Positions 43,795 to 57,426 are shown, numbered from the stretch's first letter. The stretch: DNA of 64,000 bases from Octopus sinensis (GCF_006345805.1 NC_043016.1:12710001-12774000); one strand, 5' to 3'. The notes: generated by a model not told the origin, from the sequence alone. Numbers and translations: made by a program.

Positions 43795-45000
43795 TATCAT
43801 CATCATCATCATCATCATCATTGTTTAACGTCTGCCTTCCATTCTAGCATGGGTTAGACGATTTGACCAAGGGCTGGCGAACCAGATGGCTGCACCAGGC
43901 TTCAATCTTGATCTGGTAGAGTTTCTACAGCTGGATGCCCTTCCTTACACCAACCACTCTGAGAGTGTAGTGGGTGCTTTTACATACCACCGGCATGGGG
44001 CCAGTCAGGTGATACTGGCAACGACATAGCTCGAATCTTTTACACATGCCACCGGCACAGGTGCCAGTAAAGCGATGCTGATAACGATCACACTCGAATG
44101 GTGTCTTTTACATGTCACCGGCACAGAGGCCAGATAACCACTCTGGCAACGATCATGCTCGGATGGTGCTCTTAATACCCTACTAGCACGGGGCTTGAGT
44201 GCCAGTAAGGTGACGCTGGTAACGATCACACTCGAATGGTGCCTTTTAAGTGTCACTGGCATGGAAGCTGGTTAGCCGCTCTGTCAGTAATCACACTCAT
44301 ATGGTGCTCTTTGCACCCCGCTAGCACGGATGGCAGTCATCGAATTTGATTTTGATTTTGATTTCACTCAACAGGTCTTCGCAAGCAGAGTTTTAGTGTC
44401 CAAAGAAGGAAAAGGTACGCATAAGTGGGCTTTTTACGCCCCTGTCATAGGCCACGAGATTATGGTCTCATTTAGCTTGCAGGTCTTATCATGCAAGGCA
44501 TATTTCCTAAAGTCTCGGTCACTAGTCATTTCCTTGGTGAGGCCTAAAGTTCAAAGGTCATGCTTCACCACTTTATCCCAGGGTGTGGCACATTTTCACA
44601 CAGCTATCCTCATCCATTCTCACCACATGACCATACCAGCGCAGTTGTCTCTCTTGCACACCACATCTGATGCTTCTTAGGTCCAGCATTTCTCCTAAGG
44701 TACTTACACTCTGTTGAGTATGCACACTGACATTACACATCCATCGGATTATACTGGCTTCATTCCTTGCAAGCTTATGCATGTCCTCAGCAGTCATGGC
44801 CCATGTTTCACTGCCATGTGGCATGGTTGTTCATACACATGCATCATACAGTCTACCTTTTATTTTGAGTGAGAGGCCCTTTATCACTAGCAAAGGTAGG
44901 AGCTCTCTGAACTTTCCCCAGGCTATACTTATTCTAGCAGCTACACTTTCAGACCATCCACTCCTGCTACTGACTCGGTCACCTTGGTAATGGAAGCTAT
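43795..45000 (-). mobile_element. RTE-clade LINE 3' fragment with tandem subrepeats in the 3' region
   Basis: GSETWAMTAEDMHKLARNEASIIRWMC...LRWYGHVVRMDE; (GAT)n tail. Confidence 0.85.
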
Positions 45001-45062
45001 CTATTACTTGTAGTTTTTCCTCCTGGAATGTGACGGAAGCTGTTATATATATATTATATTAT

Positions 45063-45155
<93 letters not shown>

Positions 45156-45279
45156 TTATATGTATATATATATATACATATATAAGTAAGCATATAAATG
45201 CAAAACAAGGTGGGAAAAATAGTACTCGAATACTGGAGGTAGAGTAATATGCTTTTATTAAAGCTCCAAAAAGCATCAC

Positions 45280-45323
45280 AAACTGTTACTCAGAGTTTCA
45301 CATTACTGTTCATCAGACAGTTT
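45280..45323 (-). ncRNA. Type I hammerhead ribozyme with intact catalytic core
   Basis: Minus: AAACTGT-CTGATGA-ACA(GTAA)TGT-GAA-ACTC-T-GAGT-A-ACAGTTT; 7-bp stem I, GNRA-capped stem II, GUA cleavage triplet. Confidence 0.8.
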
Positions 45324-47871
45324 AGATTGATCATAACAGTCCAACAAACAGTAATAGGAAATTTTGAGTAACACTATGTGAAGGGTTTTGCAGTTTTAAT
45401 TAAAGTATATATGATAAATGAAAAAATGTTGGGTAAATAAAATGTTGGGCATAACATATACTAAGTGTACAACCAGATGGAAGACAAACACAGAAGGTCC
45501 TTAATTCTTCATCGGTCATCAACCGATTGGTAATACTCAGTTTAGTTTGATCTTCAGGTTTTATTATTTGCAATTTTTACAATTTTACAATTTTACAATA
45601 TTGAAATAAACTAATACTTTCATGTGTTTAAGCAATCATCAAGTTCCATAATTGACAACTTTAGTGAAATGGTTGGATTTATCCTTTAAATAAGGGGTCG
45701 GTGAATGGGAATAAATTACTCCAGGTGGGGTAAAAATGAAATCCTTTGGGTGTAATGAGGACTCATTAGACATAAGTAAAATTATATAAAAACATGTTCC
45801 TTGTTATGACAGAAATTTTTCTTCTGGCTGCAATGGATGTGTTTAGGAAATGTCTTGCCATTCTGAACTAAGGCATTGTCAAGTAACTAAACAGGTATTA
45901 TTTGTCAGTTGTTTTTTATCCACCTTAACCGTATTTTTCAATACACGTGTTTTTCCTTTCTTGAAGTAGATTTAAGTAGTTATTTAATTCACCCCTTTAA
46001 CAAATTCGATTGGACCCTGAAGACGGTATCCAAATTGCTCTGGCATCAAAATGCCCCAATTTTGATGTATTTGTAACAAAAATTAAACAAAATCTTTTCT
46101 CCAAAACCTGAAGTGAAAAAGTTTCTAGAAAAATCCTTTTGCTTCCTGATGACAATGTTAATTTATTTTATTGCGTTTGTTTTATACTTTTTATATTTAT
46201 TATTGCATTCTCCGTATAAATAGATTCAATAATCCTTTTGAATTCAAAGAATCTCTGATTTTCTACCTTTCAAATCAAGGGGGTAACGTTGGCATAAATA
46301 AATATATTTTGGGGTAATTGGTTTAAAAAGTTCCCTGACCCCTGCTTTAAATACCCTCGAATAGCCTCCAGCAGGTTAAATCTTACAAAGTATATTTTGA
46401 CCAATCAGCATGTGGCTTAGATGTTGTGATTTGGTGAGCATACCAACTAAGTTCTAATTCTATTTCATCCAATAAGTAGTATGTGGCTAAGACGTCACAG
46501 TTTGGTGAGCATGTCAAGGATTTTCTACTTTGATCGAATTTAAAGGAATAATTGTTTGGCTGTATTTTGGAATGTTGTTTACAACATTCCTCTTTTCATT
46601 GAATTCTATTGTTACCCCAGAAATTTTAAGATTTTAATCAATTCAATGTTCATTTGGTCAACTCTCCTATCATCTTCCCATCATGTTTAATATTGTTGTT
46701 GTTAGTAGTGGTGGAGATAACAGTAGTAATAGCAGTAATATCTATTATTATTAGTATCACCATCATTGTTATAATTATCACCATTACTTTAACTGTTCAT
46801 TAAGAACAGGTTTGAATTCATCAATAAAATCATTTCCCCTCACTTTACTCCCAATTTCACTTGAGTTGTGTAATTTGTACAGAGGGAATATTATAAGCTT
46901 TTTCTGACCACATGTTGCCAGATGGTTGCTTAAAGGGATCTGACAGACACCAGGGTCCCTAATTTTATATACTCTTTTACTTGTTTCAGTCATTTCACTG
47001 TGGCCATGCTTTGTAAGCCTTGTACTTATTCTATCGGTCTCTTTTGCCGAACTGCTAAGTTACGGGGCTGTAAACACACCAGCATTGGTTGTCAAGTGAT
47101 ATTGGGGTGACAAACACAGACACACAAAGATATACACACAGATTCATATATATATATATATATATACGACAGGCTTCTTTCAGTTTCTGTCTACCAAATA
47201 AACTCACAAGACTTTGGTCGGCCCGAGGCTATAGTAGAAGACACTTGCCCAAGGTGCCACGCAGTGGGACTGAACTTGGAACGATGTAGTTGGTAAGCAA
47301 GCTACTTACCACACAGCCACTCCTATGCCTTGATGATGATGATGATATATATATACACAAAAATGGTATCAGGACAAAATTCCCTTGGGCAAATTTTACC
47401 CAGAAATATCAACAAATAAATATTAAAAATTTTTTTATAAAATTTTACTTTCTTAAAATATTTTTATTGTAAAGAAATAAATATATTCTGGAGGATATTG
47501 ACTGTGGGGAGTTTTTATTTGGTGGCAGATTTTGTTCAGGGGAGATCTTGTCCTAGTACCTATATAAACACATACATATGTAGAAGGCACTTCTCCAAGG
47601 TGCCACACAGTGGGGCTCAACTTGGAACCATGATGAGCTTCCACACAGTTTCCATCTACCAATTTCAATAACAAAGCATTGGTCAAGCCAGGGCTAGAGT
47701 AGAAGATACTTACCCACAGTCCTGCTGTGGGACTGAACCCAAAACCATGTTGTGAGAAAGCAAACTCCTTAACCGCACAGCTATACCTGCATACTTTGAC
47801 TTATGTACCAGGAGTCAACTCTGATATATTGTATATATGTATATTCATATATGTATACCAATATATGTATA

Positions 47872-47915
<44 letters not shown>

Positions 47916-47919
<4 letters not shown>

Positions 47920-48313
47920 AAATAAGAAAATGGAGGAATAGATTTCTTTCAATCATCAACTTCCAGATAATACCAATTCATATAATTTATTAACTAATAC
48001 TTTATAATCTCTGACGAGGCCTTGAGATATATATATATAAGTAACTCATTTTTAACTGCATATTACCTTAATACATCTGACTAATATGGACATAATGAGA
48101 TACTCTTATCTACAGGCTGAAACAGCTGTAAGATCCATTTTATATGTATTATCCTTATGGTATTATCTTACATATTGATGTATATTGTTTTATTCTGTCT
48201 TATTCTGTTGGATTTGGATGTTCCTATTTAGGTAGTTAATAAATTATATGAATTGGTAATATCTGGAAGTTGATGATTGAAAGGAATCTGTTCCTCCATT
48301 TTCTTATTTTGTA
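47916..48313. mobile_element. Element with 81-bp terminal inverted repeats enclosing a hammerhead motif
   Basis: Arms 47916-47996 and 48233-48313 are near reverse complements; hammerhead at 48007-48134. Confidence 0.75.
48007..48134 (+). ncRNA. Type I hammerhead motif with expanded stem II loop
   Basis: ATCT-CTGACGA-GGCCT...(about 90 nt)...AGGCT-GAA-ACAGCTGT-A-AGAT. Confidence 0.65.
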
Positions 48314-48531
48314 TTATGAATTTGAGGTAAAACATTTTACCTTTGCCCATATGATACAATAAATGAACTGATTGCATTGCAATTGTAAGCGTTTATGTAT
48401 TAGCCTTTTGGGTACTTCACTAGCAGTATATTGGATAAATGATATCCCATAGTGGGTTACACTCATAACCCCTATCTCACTTTGTACTTATATATATAAA
48501 TATACACACACCACACACATATTATGTATAC

Positions 48532-48565
<34 letters not shown>

Positions 48566-48577
48566 ATTATATGTATA

Positions 48578-48673
<96 letters not shown>

Positions 48674-48689
48674 ATATATACACACACAC

Positions 48690-49560
48690 ACAAGGGGCAT
48701 TCATTAAAGATTTACCCTGACCCACTTCCAAAGGACTGGAATAAATGAAACTTCACATAATTATTAGTCCTTCTCTACATAGCCACCACCAATGGCAACA
48801 CACTTCTACCACCACTTTGTGCAGCTGTGAAGATCTCGTCTGTAGAAGTCGGTAGGTTGCATCTGAAGCCAAAATGGAAATAAGTTCATCATCAACTGAA
48901 AGGAGCTTCCCCTTCAAAAAAAGACTTCATGTTTGGAAAGAGGTGGAAGTCAGATGATGTAAGGTCAGGAGGGTAAGGGGGATGAGGAAGTATTTCGTAG
49001 CTGCAGGAGTGTGCATTCATCTGAGCAATATGCACATTGTGTACTGGGGCTTGTCTTGGAGGAGACAGTATGCCACCACGCCTCTCTGCTTTGATGACAT
49101 CCTACAATTTCTGCCACAGAGAAGCATAATATGTCCCATTAATTGTGGTGCCCTTTACCAGAAAATCCATCATCCCTACTCACTGGTCCCAAAAGACTGA
49201 GCTTTACTTTGCCTGCTGTGGGTTGGACAGGAGCCTTCTGTGGAGGTGGTGAGTTACCATGCTTCCTTTGCTTTGATTGGACTTTACTTTCAGCATCATA
49301 GTGATGAACCCACGTTTTAACCTGTGTGATAAGTCAGTTGAAAAATTCCTCCTCATTTTCTTGGCACATTGTCGAAAGAGCTTGGGAGCAATTGACTCCT
49401 TCCTGCTTCTGAAAAGGTGTGAGCATCTGGGGAATCCATCGTGCAGACAACTTCCACTTTTGCTAATGGCTGTGAATGATTTTTTTTCACATACCTGATA
49501 CCTGATTCACAAAAGGGACAGAGATGCAGGTAAAGCAGCAAAATGAGATAACTGATGCAA
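48690..49560 (-). mobile_element. Decayed mariner transposon
   Basis: Minus remnants such as MDFLVKGTTINGTYYASLWQKL*DVIK, typical of the mariner DDD domain; many disruptions. Confidence 0.7.
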
Positions 49561-49594
49561 TCTTTGTGGAGTTAACACTAAATATATCACCTGC

Positions 49595-50030
49595 ATCATA
49601 AGCAGTTGTCTGGAAATGTTATTTTGGTATAATCTACCGATGAGACATGATGTTGCTAGGACACTCTATAATGAAATATGTTGGAAGGATAATCCCAAGG
49701 ACAAAGAAATAAGAACCCACAGTATGGTAGAAGCCATAGCCACTCATAATAAAAAGAAATACTGGAGGAATGTACCAGTGAAGACCTCAATAAAAAGGAA
49801 GCACAACAGACCTGATATAATGATTTGGGATAGAGAAGAGAAATTATGCACAGCTGTGGAAATTAGCTGCTCAGTGGATGTTAACATAAAGCTGAAGATC
49901 AGTGAAAAAGAGAACACCTATACTGAACTATTGAGAAATCTGCAGTTACTCAATCCAGATTACAAGTTCAGGTTTATACCTGTAATTATTGGGGCCCTGG
50001 GATATGTAACACATTGCCTAAATACCAATC
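49595..50030 (+). mobile_element. RLE-type non-LTR retrotransposon fragment (restriction-like endonuclease domain)
   Basis: RHDVARTLY...HNRPDIMIWD...VEISC...KISEKENTYTEL...IPVIIGALG (PD..D motif). Confidence 0.8.
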
Positions 50031-51107
50031 CAATCCATCACTGGGACTGTAAAAATCTGTAAAACTTTCCAGGAGTCATTTAAGTATATATGAGCATGTC
50101 CAGATATGCAACTATATGCATGAGAATACATACATAAAGCAAAACATTCAAATCTACACATACATACATACATACATACATACATACATACATACATACA
50201 TACATACATACGTAGATACATATATACATACATATATGCATACATACATACATACATACATTCATACACACATACATACATACATACAGAAGTACCTTAT
50301 TGTTGATGTTGAAATTCCAATGAAGGAGCTAGGTTAGAAACTGGTTCTTTCCCTATTGGCGAGAAATCTTGAAGCAAAACTGAATAACAGCATATATACA
50401 TAGAAATAGATTGATGGATATATTGATAGAAAAAGATAAAAAGTGCAAAAGTACAGAATACTTTTTAAAAACCTTTCTCTTTTACTCTTTTACTTGTTTA
50501 GTCATTTGACTGTGGCCATGCTGGAGCACCACCTTTAGTCGAGGAAATCGACACCAGAACTTATTTCTTTGTAAGCCTAGTACTTATTCTATCGATCTCT
50601 TTTGCCAAATCACTAAATTATGGGGACGTAAACACACCAACATCGGTTGTCAAGGGATAATGGGGGACAAACACAGAAACACAAATGCACACACACACAC
50701 ACATATATAAATACATATATGTGATGGGCTTCTTCCAGTTTCTGTCTACCAAATCCACTCATAAGGCTTTCGTTGGCCTGAGACTATAGTAGAAGACACT
50801 TGCCCAAGGTGCCACACAGTAGGACTGAACCCGGAACCATGCGGTTCGTAAGCAAGCTACTTACAGCACAGCCGCTCCTACGCCTATAAAATAGTCGTAT
50901 TTTTCGTTCATAAAAATTAAAATTTTCAAAAATAATTGAACTGTACAACATTTCATGAATAACACGGGTGGCTTTGTGGGTACTATTTGAGCAGCTGCCC
51001 ACCCTAACTGCCTGTAAGCCCAAATTTACCCAAACTCAGTTAAATTACATTGTTTTTTGCTGATGCTGACACAAATTCATACTTCATGGAAGCTTAAGTG
51101 GGAGTGG

Positions 51108-51262
51108 GTGCGATGGTGATGGTGGTGGTGGTGGTGATGGTGGTGGTGGTGGTGGTGGTGGTGGTGGTGGTGATGGTGGTGGTGGTGGTGGTGGTGGTGG
51201 TGATGGTGGTGGTGGTAGTAGTGATTATGGTGGTGGCGATGGTGGTGGCAGTTATAGTTGTA
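51108..51262. repeat. (GGT)n/(GAT) trinucleotide repeat
   Basis: Direct inspection. Confidence 0.95.
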
Positions 51263-51453
51263 GTGGGTGGAGGATTTAAAAGTGTTTTATCTATAATCCA
51301 TCTTTGGAACTTGGAAGTCATAGACTGAAATGTAAACATAAATTCAAGAGATGTTAATTAGCCAACCATTAGAGGCCTTTATTATGAAAAGAAGACGAAA
51401 TAAAAGCTGAGTAATCTTGTTAATCCGAAGATTAATAAGAGAAAAAAAAATAC

Positions 51454-51601
51454 CCATTGGCTTCCCCTTCCCCACAACGCCCGTCATCCACTCCACCCTC
51501 ACAAACACGTCACTTTTATTTTTACTTCAACCACTGTGACAATGTAGTTAAATCCTAAATCATAGAGATTTAGATCCATGATGAACAGTTTCCATAGCAA
51601 C
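51454..51601 (+). promoter_or_regulatory. Promoter-like module with RFX X-box
   Basis: ATTGG (reverse CCAAT) near 51455, CACGTCA near 51507, X-box GTTTCCATAGCAAC at 51588-51601. Confidence 0.65.
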
Positions 51602-51715
51602 AGTTTAAGCCCCTTAAGTATTAAATTGGTTACTACCTAAAATTTCAAACGAGTTTGTCATTTCTACTCTTGGTTTCAGCAGAGATGTGTTCTCTCCTGA
51701 CACTTGCAGATTCGA

Positions 51716-51774
51716 ATGACCAAAGCCACAATACTTCCAGGTGTCCGAACAGAGAAAAACAATCATATTTACAG
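51716..51774 (+). CDS. Candidate first coding exon of an unidentified, possibly ciliary, gene (MTKATILPGVRTEKNNHIY-)
   Basis: ATG 115 nt after the X-box, open frame to a strong CAG|GTAAAT donor. The alternative ATG at 51685 (MCSLLTLADS..., phase 0) is also open. Downstream exons not securely found. Confidence 0.35.
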
Positions 51775-52228
51775 GTAAATGTATATTCTTCTTCGTCTTT
51801 TAATTACGTTTTAGTTAATTTTTTCTTGTTAGTTTGTTTAAAAAAGCAACAATATGTGCATTGGCAATAAATAAAATTTTTAATTTTCCAGGTGATTTAT
51901 ATTGCAAGGATATGACATTTTTCAATTTTTTTTTTTTGTGTGTTGGGGTGAAATGGTAACTATTCTTTAAATTTCAGAAACCTTTCATATATCCTCAAAA
52001 GAAAATTCTTTCTCAAAAACAAGCATGTTTTATATCATGTAATTTTATTCAAGTGTGGTCAGAAAATCATTGAAAGGGGTTTTTGAGAGTTTGAACTTCC
52101 CTCACTCTTTCAATCAATCTAAAAAAAAAAAATCTCTCTGTCTGACTATTTGCCCGTCTAATCTATCTATCTATATCTGTCCGTTTGTCAATTGATCAGT
52201 TGGCCTACCTGCCTGCCTGCTTATCTCT

Positions 52229-52278
<50 letters not shown>

Positions 52279-52682
52279 CCTCTATCTACTTATCTATCTA
52301 TCCATCTTTCTATCTATCTATCTGTCTGTCTCTATCTATCTATCTATCTATCTATCTATCCATCTATCTATCTATCTATCTGTCTGTCTCTATCTATCTA
52401 TCTATCTATCTAACTAGCTAGCTTATCTGTCTATCCCTTTATATGTCTGTCTATCTATTTGTTTGTCTGTGTAATTATATGTAATATATATAACAAACTT
52501 TGTGTATACAGCGCTCAGGTGTGCTACAACTCATCAGAAAAAGCAACCAGAACTGCATGAACAGCACATAGAAGAATACACAAAAAAATTTATCTACCTA
52601 GCTAGCAAAATGTTTGTCTGTCTACCTGTCTCTCAGTCTGCCTTTCTGCCTTTCTAACCATCTATCTGTCTGTCTGTCTACT

Positions 52683-53932
52683 ATTAGGCGGTCAAGAAAG
52701 TTCTTGTGGTTTTTAACCTTTAAATTCAGATGCACATATCTCAGCTCAAACAAAGCTTTATTAAAACACCATCAGAATCAACACACTTTTGCCAATACGA
52801 AACAAGTTTATTTATGCCAGTAGCATAAAATTCCTGCGTTCTGGTGGCGATGAAGTCGGTGAAGGTGTGTATCTTGGTTTTTGAAGCATTTTTAATGCAG
52901 GATGTTGTCGAGATGCTTGAAAAAGGGGTAGTCAGTAGGCAAGAGGTCTGGTGAGTATGGTGGATGAGGCAGAGTTTCATAGCCCAATTCGTACAACTTC
53001 TGCAGGGTCAGTTGTGTGATGTGTGGCTTAGCATTGTTGTGGAGAAGAACTGGTCCTTTTCTATTGATCAATGCTGGCTGTTGTTGTCAGAGTTTCTTAT
53101 GCATTTCATCCATTTGCTGACAGTACTTCTCCACCATAGTGGTTTTGCCTGGATCTAAAAAGCTGTGATGGATGAGACCAGCCGTAGACCACTTCTTTTG
53201 GTGCAACTTTGGCTTCGGGAAGTGCTGTGGAGCTTTGTTGGCATCCAACCACTGAGCTGAGCATTGCTGGTTGACATGAAGAATACACTTTTAATCACAA
53301 GTCACAATCCGGTTGAGAAATGGGTCGTTCTTGTTGCATAAAAGAAGGGAAGACGACACTTCAAAATGGCGTTTTTTGGGGTTGTCATTCAATTCGTGTG
53401 GCACCAATTTCTCAAGTATTTTTGTTTTTCCAATCTCTTTCAAGTGGTTGGAAATTGTCATATATGTTATGTCTAATTCAGAAGCAAGCTCTTGAACAGT
53501 TGTGCATAGATTGGCTGCAACTAAGGCTTTTAGTTGATCGTTGTCAACATCTGATGGTTGACCACTGCACGTATCATCTGCAAGACTCTCGTCACCACTA
53601 CGAAATTTCTTGAACCACCATTGTGCTGTATGTTCACTAGTGGTGCCTGGGCCAAACGCATCATTGATGTCATGAGTTGTTTCAGTATCGTTTCGGCCTA
53701 GCTTGAACTCGAATAAGAAAATTGTGCAAATTTGCTTTATGTCCCTGTTGTATTCAACATTCTGGAAAAAATGGCCTGATTATTCAAAAAGAAAAAGAGT
53801 AACATGATTAAATAGAGCGAAAAACGGGCTTTAAAATTATATATAAAGTCAAAGTAATTTAATGAAAATTAATTTGAAAATACATAATTTAAAACCAAAA
53901 TTAAAAATTCTGCAAGAACTTTCTTGAGAACT

Positions 53933-53938
<6 letters not shown>
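52683..53938 (-). mobile_element. Decayed mariner transposon, about 1.25 kb
   Basis: Degenerate TIRs sharing CAAGAAAGTTCTTG; minus C-terminus FYATGINKLVSYWQKCVDSDG; flanked by (CTAT)n. Confidence 0.8.
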
Positions 53939-53970
<32 letters not shown>

Positions 53971-54000
53971 TATCTTTATTTCTTTCTATCTATCTATCTT

Positions 54001-54085
<85 letters not shown>

Positions 54086-54087
54086 TC

Positions 54088-54179
<92 letters not shown>

Positions 54180-54250
54180 GCCTATCTATCTATGTGTCTA
54201 TCTGTCTGTCTATATGTTTGTCTGTCTTTTTGTATGTCTATCTGTCTAAT
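53936..54250. repeat. (ATCT)n microsatellite
   Basis: Direct inspection. Confidence 0.95.
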
Positions 54251-54501
54251 TATATATAATAAATAATAATGAACTAATTATATACAGAGCTCAGATGCAC
54301 AACAATTTATCAGAATTGGTAGCCAAAACCAAAGTTTAGTACTTAGATAATTCAGAGAAAGAACTATCCATCCCTCTATCCATCTTAGTATTTTTGTGTC
54401 TATACACACACACACACACATGGATACAAATCAACTCTAAATAAATATCTATTTACAATTACATATATACATACATAAATATACATACATACATACATAC
54501 A

Positions 54502-54537
<36 letters not shown>

Positions 54538-55334
54538 CATATATATATCATCATCATCATCATCATTTAACGTCCATTGTTCTTGCTGGCATGTGTTGGA
54601 CAGTTTGACCGGGCTGGCATGTTGGAAGGCTGCACCAGACTCCAGTTTAATTTGGCATGGTTTTCTACAGCTGGATGCCATTCCTAATGCCAACCACTCC
54701 AAGAGTGTAATGGGTGCTTTTAAGTGCCACTAGCACAGGTGGAATTTTCATGACACCATTATCTGCCACGACTGCGATTTTGCTCAGCTTGATGAGTCTT
54801 CTTTTCAAGCACAAAGGTCTCGGTCATTGCGATACATATATATCATCATCATCATCATCATTTAGCATCCGTTTTCTATGCTGGCACGGGTTGGATGGTT
54901 TGACAGGAGCTGGTGAGGATGGAGAGAGCTCCATTGTCTGCTTTGGCATGGTTTCTACGGGTGGATGGCCTCCCTAACACCCACCACTTTACAGATTGTG
55001 CTGGGTGCTTTTTAACATGGCTCCAGCACCTGCAGGGTCACCAGGCAACTTGACTTGCAGGACAAAGACCTCCCAGCTAGGGGAGGGAGTGGAACTGAGG
55101 GAAGTGGCTTTGTGCCCAGTGAAGGCAGGGGATACAAATCAGCACAAGTTGTTAAGCAATGGTGAGGTAAAGACACAAAGACACACACATATACAAACAC
55201 ACAAATGTATGTGTGTGTATGTAGATATATATATATACATATAGGGAGAGTTTACGAAAAAAACAAAAGACGAAGACTGGTGGTGTACAAAACAAACAGA
55301 TGTATTAGTATAACGCTCAGGAATAGAAAAAAGT

Positions 55335-55370
55335 CTTTTACGTTTCGAGCCTACGCTCTTCTACAGAAAG
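55335..55370 (-). ncRNA. Minimal hammerhead-like motif (CUGUAGA variant), same family as 30571
   Basis: Identical motif within a roughly 200-bp repeat (55243-55450) next to (TA)n. Confidence 0.55.
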
Positions 55371-56239
55371 GGACACAGAAAAAACAAGGAGAGAAAAAAA
55401 GGAAAGAAAAAAATGTGTGTAGTGGCTAATGATCTATCATGGCGCTGACTCGGACAGACATATATATATACATATCTGTAAATGTAATATGTGACAATTA
55501 TTCGGTAGCCATGATAAAACTCCGAGTTTTGGATGCCGAGGTGGAAATCCATGCTGCCATCTCTTCAGTTATCTAGCCATCAGAAAAAGGCTATTGAAAA
55601 TGACCGTTATACAAAGGGAAATTACTGTGTAGTTGACCGTTATTAAGACAAAAGAGCTATTCAAATGACTGCTAAGTAAGGGGGTAAAAAGTTCATAGCA
55701 TTCGCGTAAACGTGCCTGTTCATACCTACACATGTGCGCCCGCACACCCACGTGCATGCGCCTAAAGCTATACATTCATCCACCCTCACTTGAAACATAC
55801 ACATCCTCACTCACATCTTTCGCCAAATGTATGTGCATATACAACAAACCCACACACACACACACACGCGTGCACCATAAAGGTTCATACACACGTCTAC
55901 ATACGCACAAGCACAAGAAAAAGCAGGGTTAAGGGTAACAATACAGAAAAAAGGCACAAGGGAGTATACAAGGAGTAAACCACGTCTATATATGCACATA
56001 CCCTTATGTATGAACACACACATGCCCATATACGCACACATCTATATACACACACACGCACGCACGCACAAAAAGGATTATACATATGTCTAACACAAGA
56101 AAAAAACAGGGCTAAGGGCAAAAATACAGCTTGATATTATGTAAATAGAGGAATTTATATGTAAATATAATATAATTATATATATATGTATATATATCCA
56201 CTATGTGTGGAAGGTTCAAAAGTACAATAAACACTAAAA

Positions 56240-57210
56240 ATGTACAGAAAATAGACTCCAGCAAATACCAGAGGGCAAAGTTAGAAGTACTTGATAGCTT
56301 CCATTACCTAGTTTACCAAGTCAGTAGGGGAAGTAGATGCTCCAAGAGCATAGCTGCTGGAATAAGAATAGGTTGGGTAAAATTCAGAGAACTCCTACCT
56401 CTCCTGGCATCAAAGGGCCTCTTGCTCAGAGTGAAAAGCTGATTGTAAGGCGCCTGTGTGCAGACAGGCGTACTACACAGCAGTGAAACATGGGCTGTGG
56501 ACATGCAAAGGCTTGAAAGAAATTAAGCTAATATGCTTCACTGGATGTGCTATGTCAGTCTGTGTATATGATAGAGTTTAAGCATCTTGAGAGAAAAGTT
56601 GGACTTAAGAGGCATCAGGTGTGGTGTGCAAGAGAGACAAATGCACTGGTATGGTCATGTGTTGCGTATGGATGAGGTCAGCTGTGTAAAGAAGTGTCAA
56701 TCTCTAACCGTGGAGGGAACCTGTGGAAGAGGTAGACCCAGGAAGACATGGAACGAGGTGGTGAAGAATGATCTTTGAACCTTGGGTCTCAAGGAGGCAA
56801 TGACAAGTGACCAAGTCATTTGGAGATATGCTGTGCTTGAGAAGATTCATCAAACCAAGTGAAATCACAATTGTGACTGATGCCAGTGACACATGAAAAG
56901 CACCTTTTCAACGTTGGGTTGCCTAGAGGTGATGACAAGTGACCGAGACCTTTGGCAATATGCCATGCATGAAAAAGACCTGTCAAGCCAAAGTGAGATC
57001 ATAGTTGTGGCCAATGCTGGTGTCATGTAACTGGCATCTGTGTCACGGGCATCTAAAAAGCACCCATTACATTCTTGTTGTGGTTGGTGATAGGAAGGAC
57101 ATCCAGCTATTGAAACCATACCAAATCAGACTGGAACCTGGTGTAGTCCTCCAGCCTCAAACTGTCTAACCCATGCCAGCTAAATGATGATGATGACGAT
57201 GATGATGATG
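56240..57210 (+). mobile_element. RTE-clade LINE 3' fragment
   Basis: IRIGWVKFRELLPLLASKGLLLRVK, QMHWYGHVLRMDEVSCVKKC; (GAT)n tail. Confidence 0.85.
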
Positions 57211-57426
57211 ACGATATATATGTAATATGTGTGTGTATGCATCGTCATCATCATCATCATCACATCATCTTTTAACGTCTGTTTTCTATGCTAGCATGTG
57301 TTGGACAGCTGGCATATATATATATAACGAGAAGGTTTACGAAAATAAACAAAAGACGAAGGCAGGTGGAGTACAAACAAACAATTGTATTAGTATGGCG
57401 CGCTCAGGAATAGAAATAGAAAAAGT

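Noticed and set aside
46146-46180. CTGATGA followed by a CAAT/ATTG stem, hammerhead-like
   Set aside because: It lacks the GAAA half of the core and stem III.
50018-54259. Low-complexity ORFs (MYVC, poly-T/V, YLSI repeats)
   Set aside because: Products of (CATA)n, (GGT)n and (ATCT)n microsatellites.
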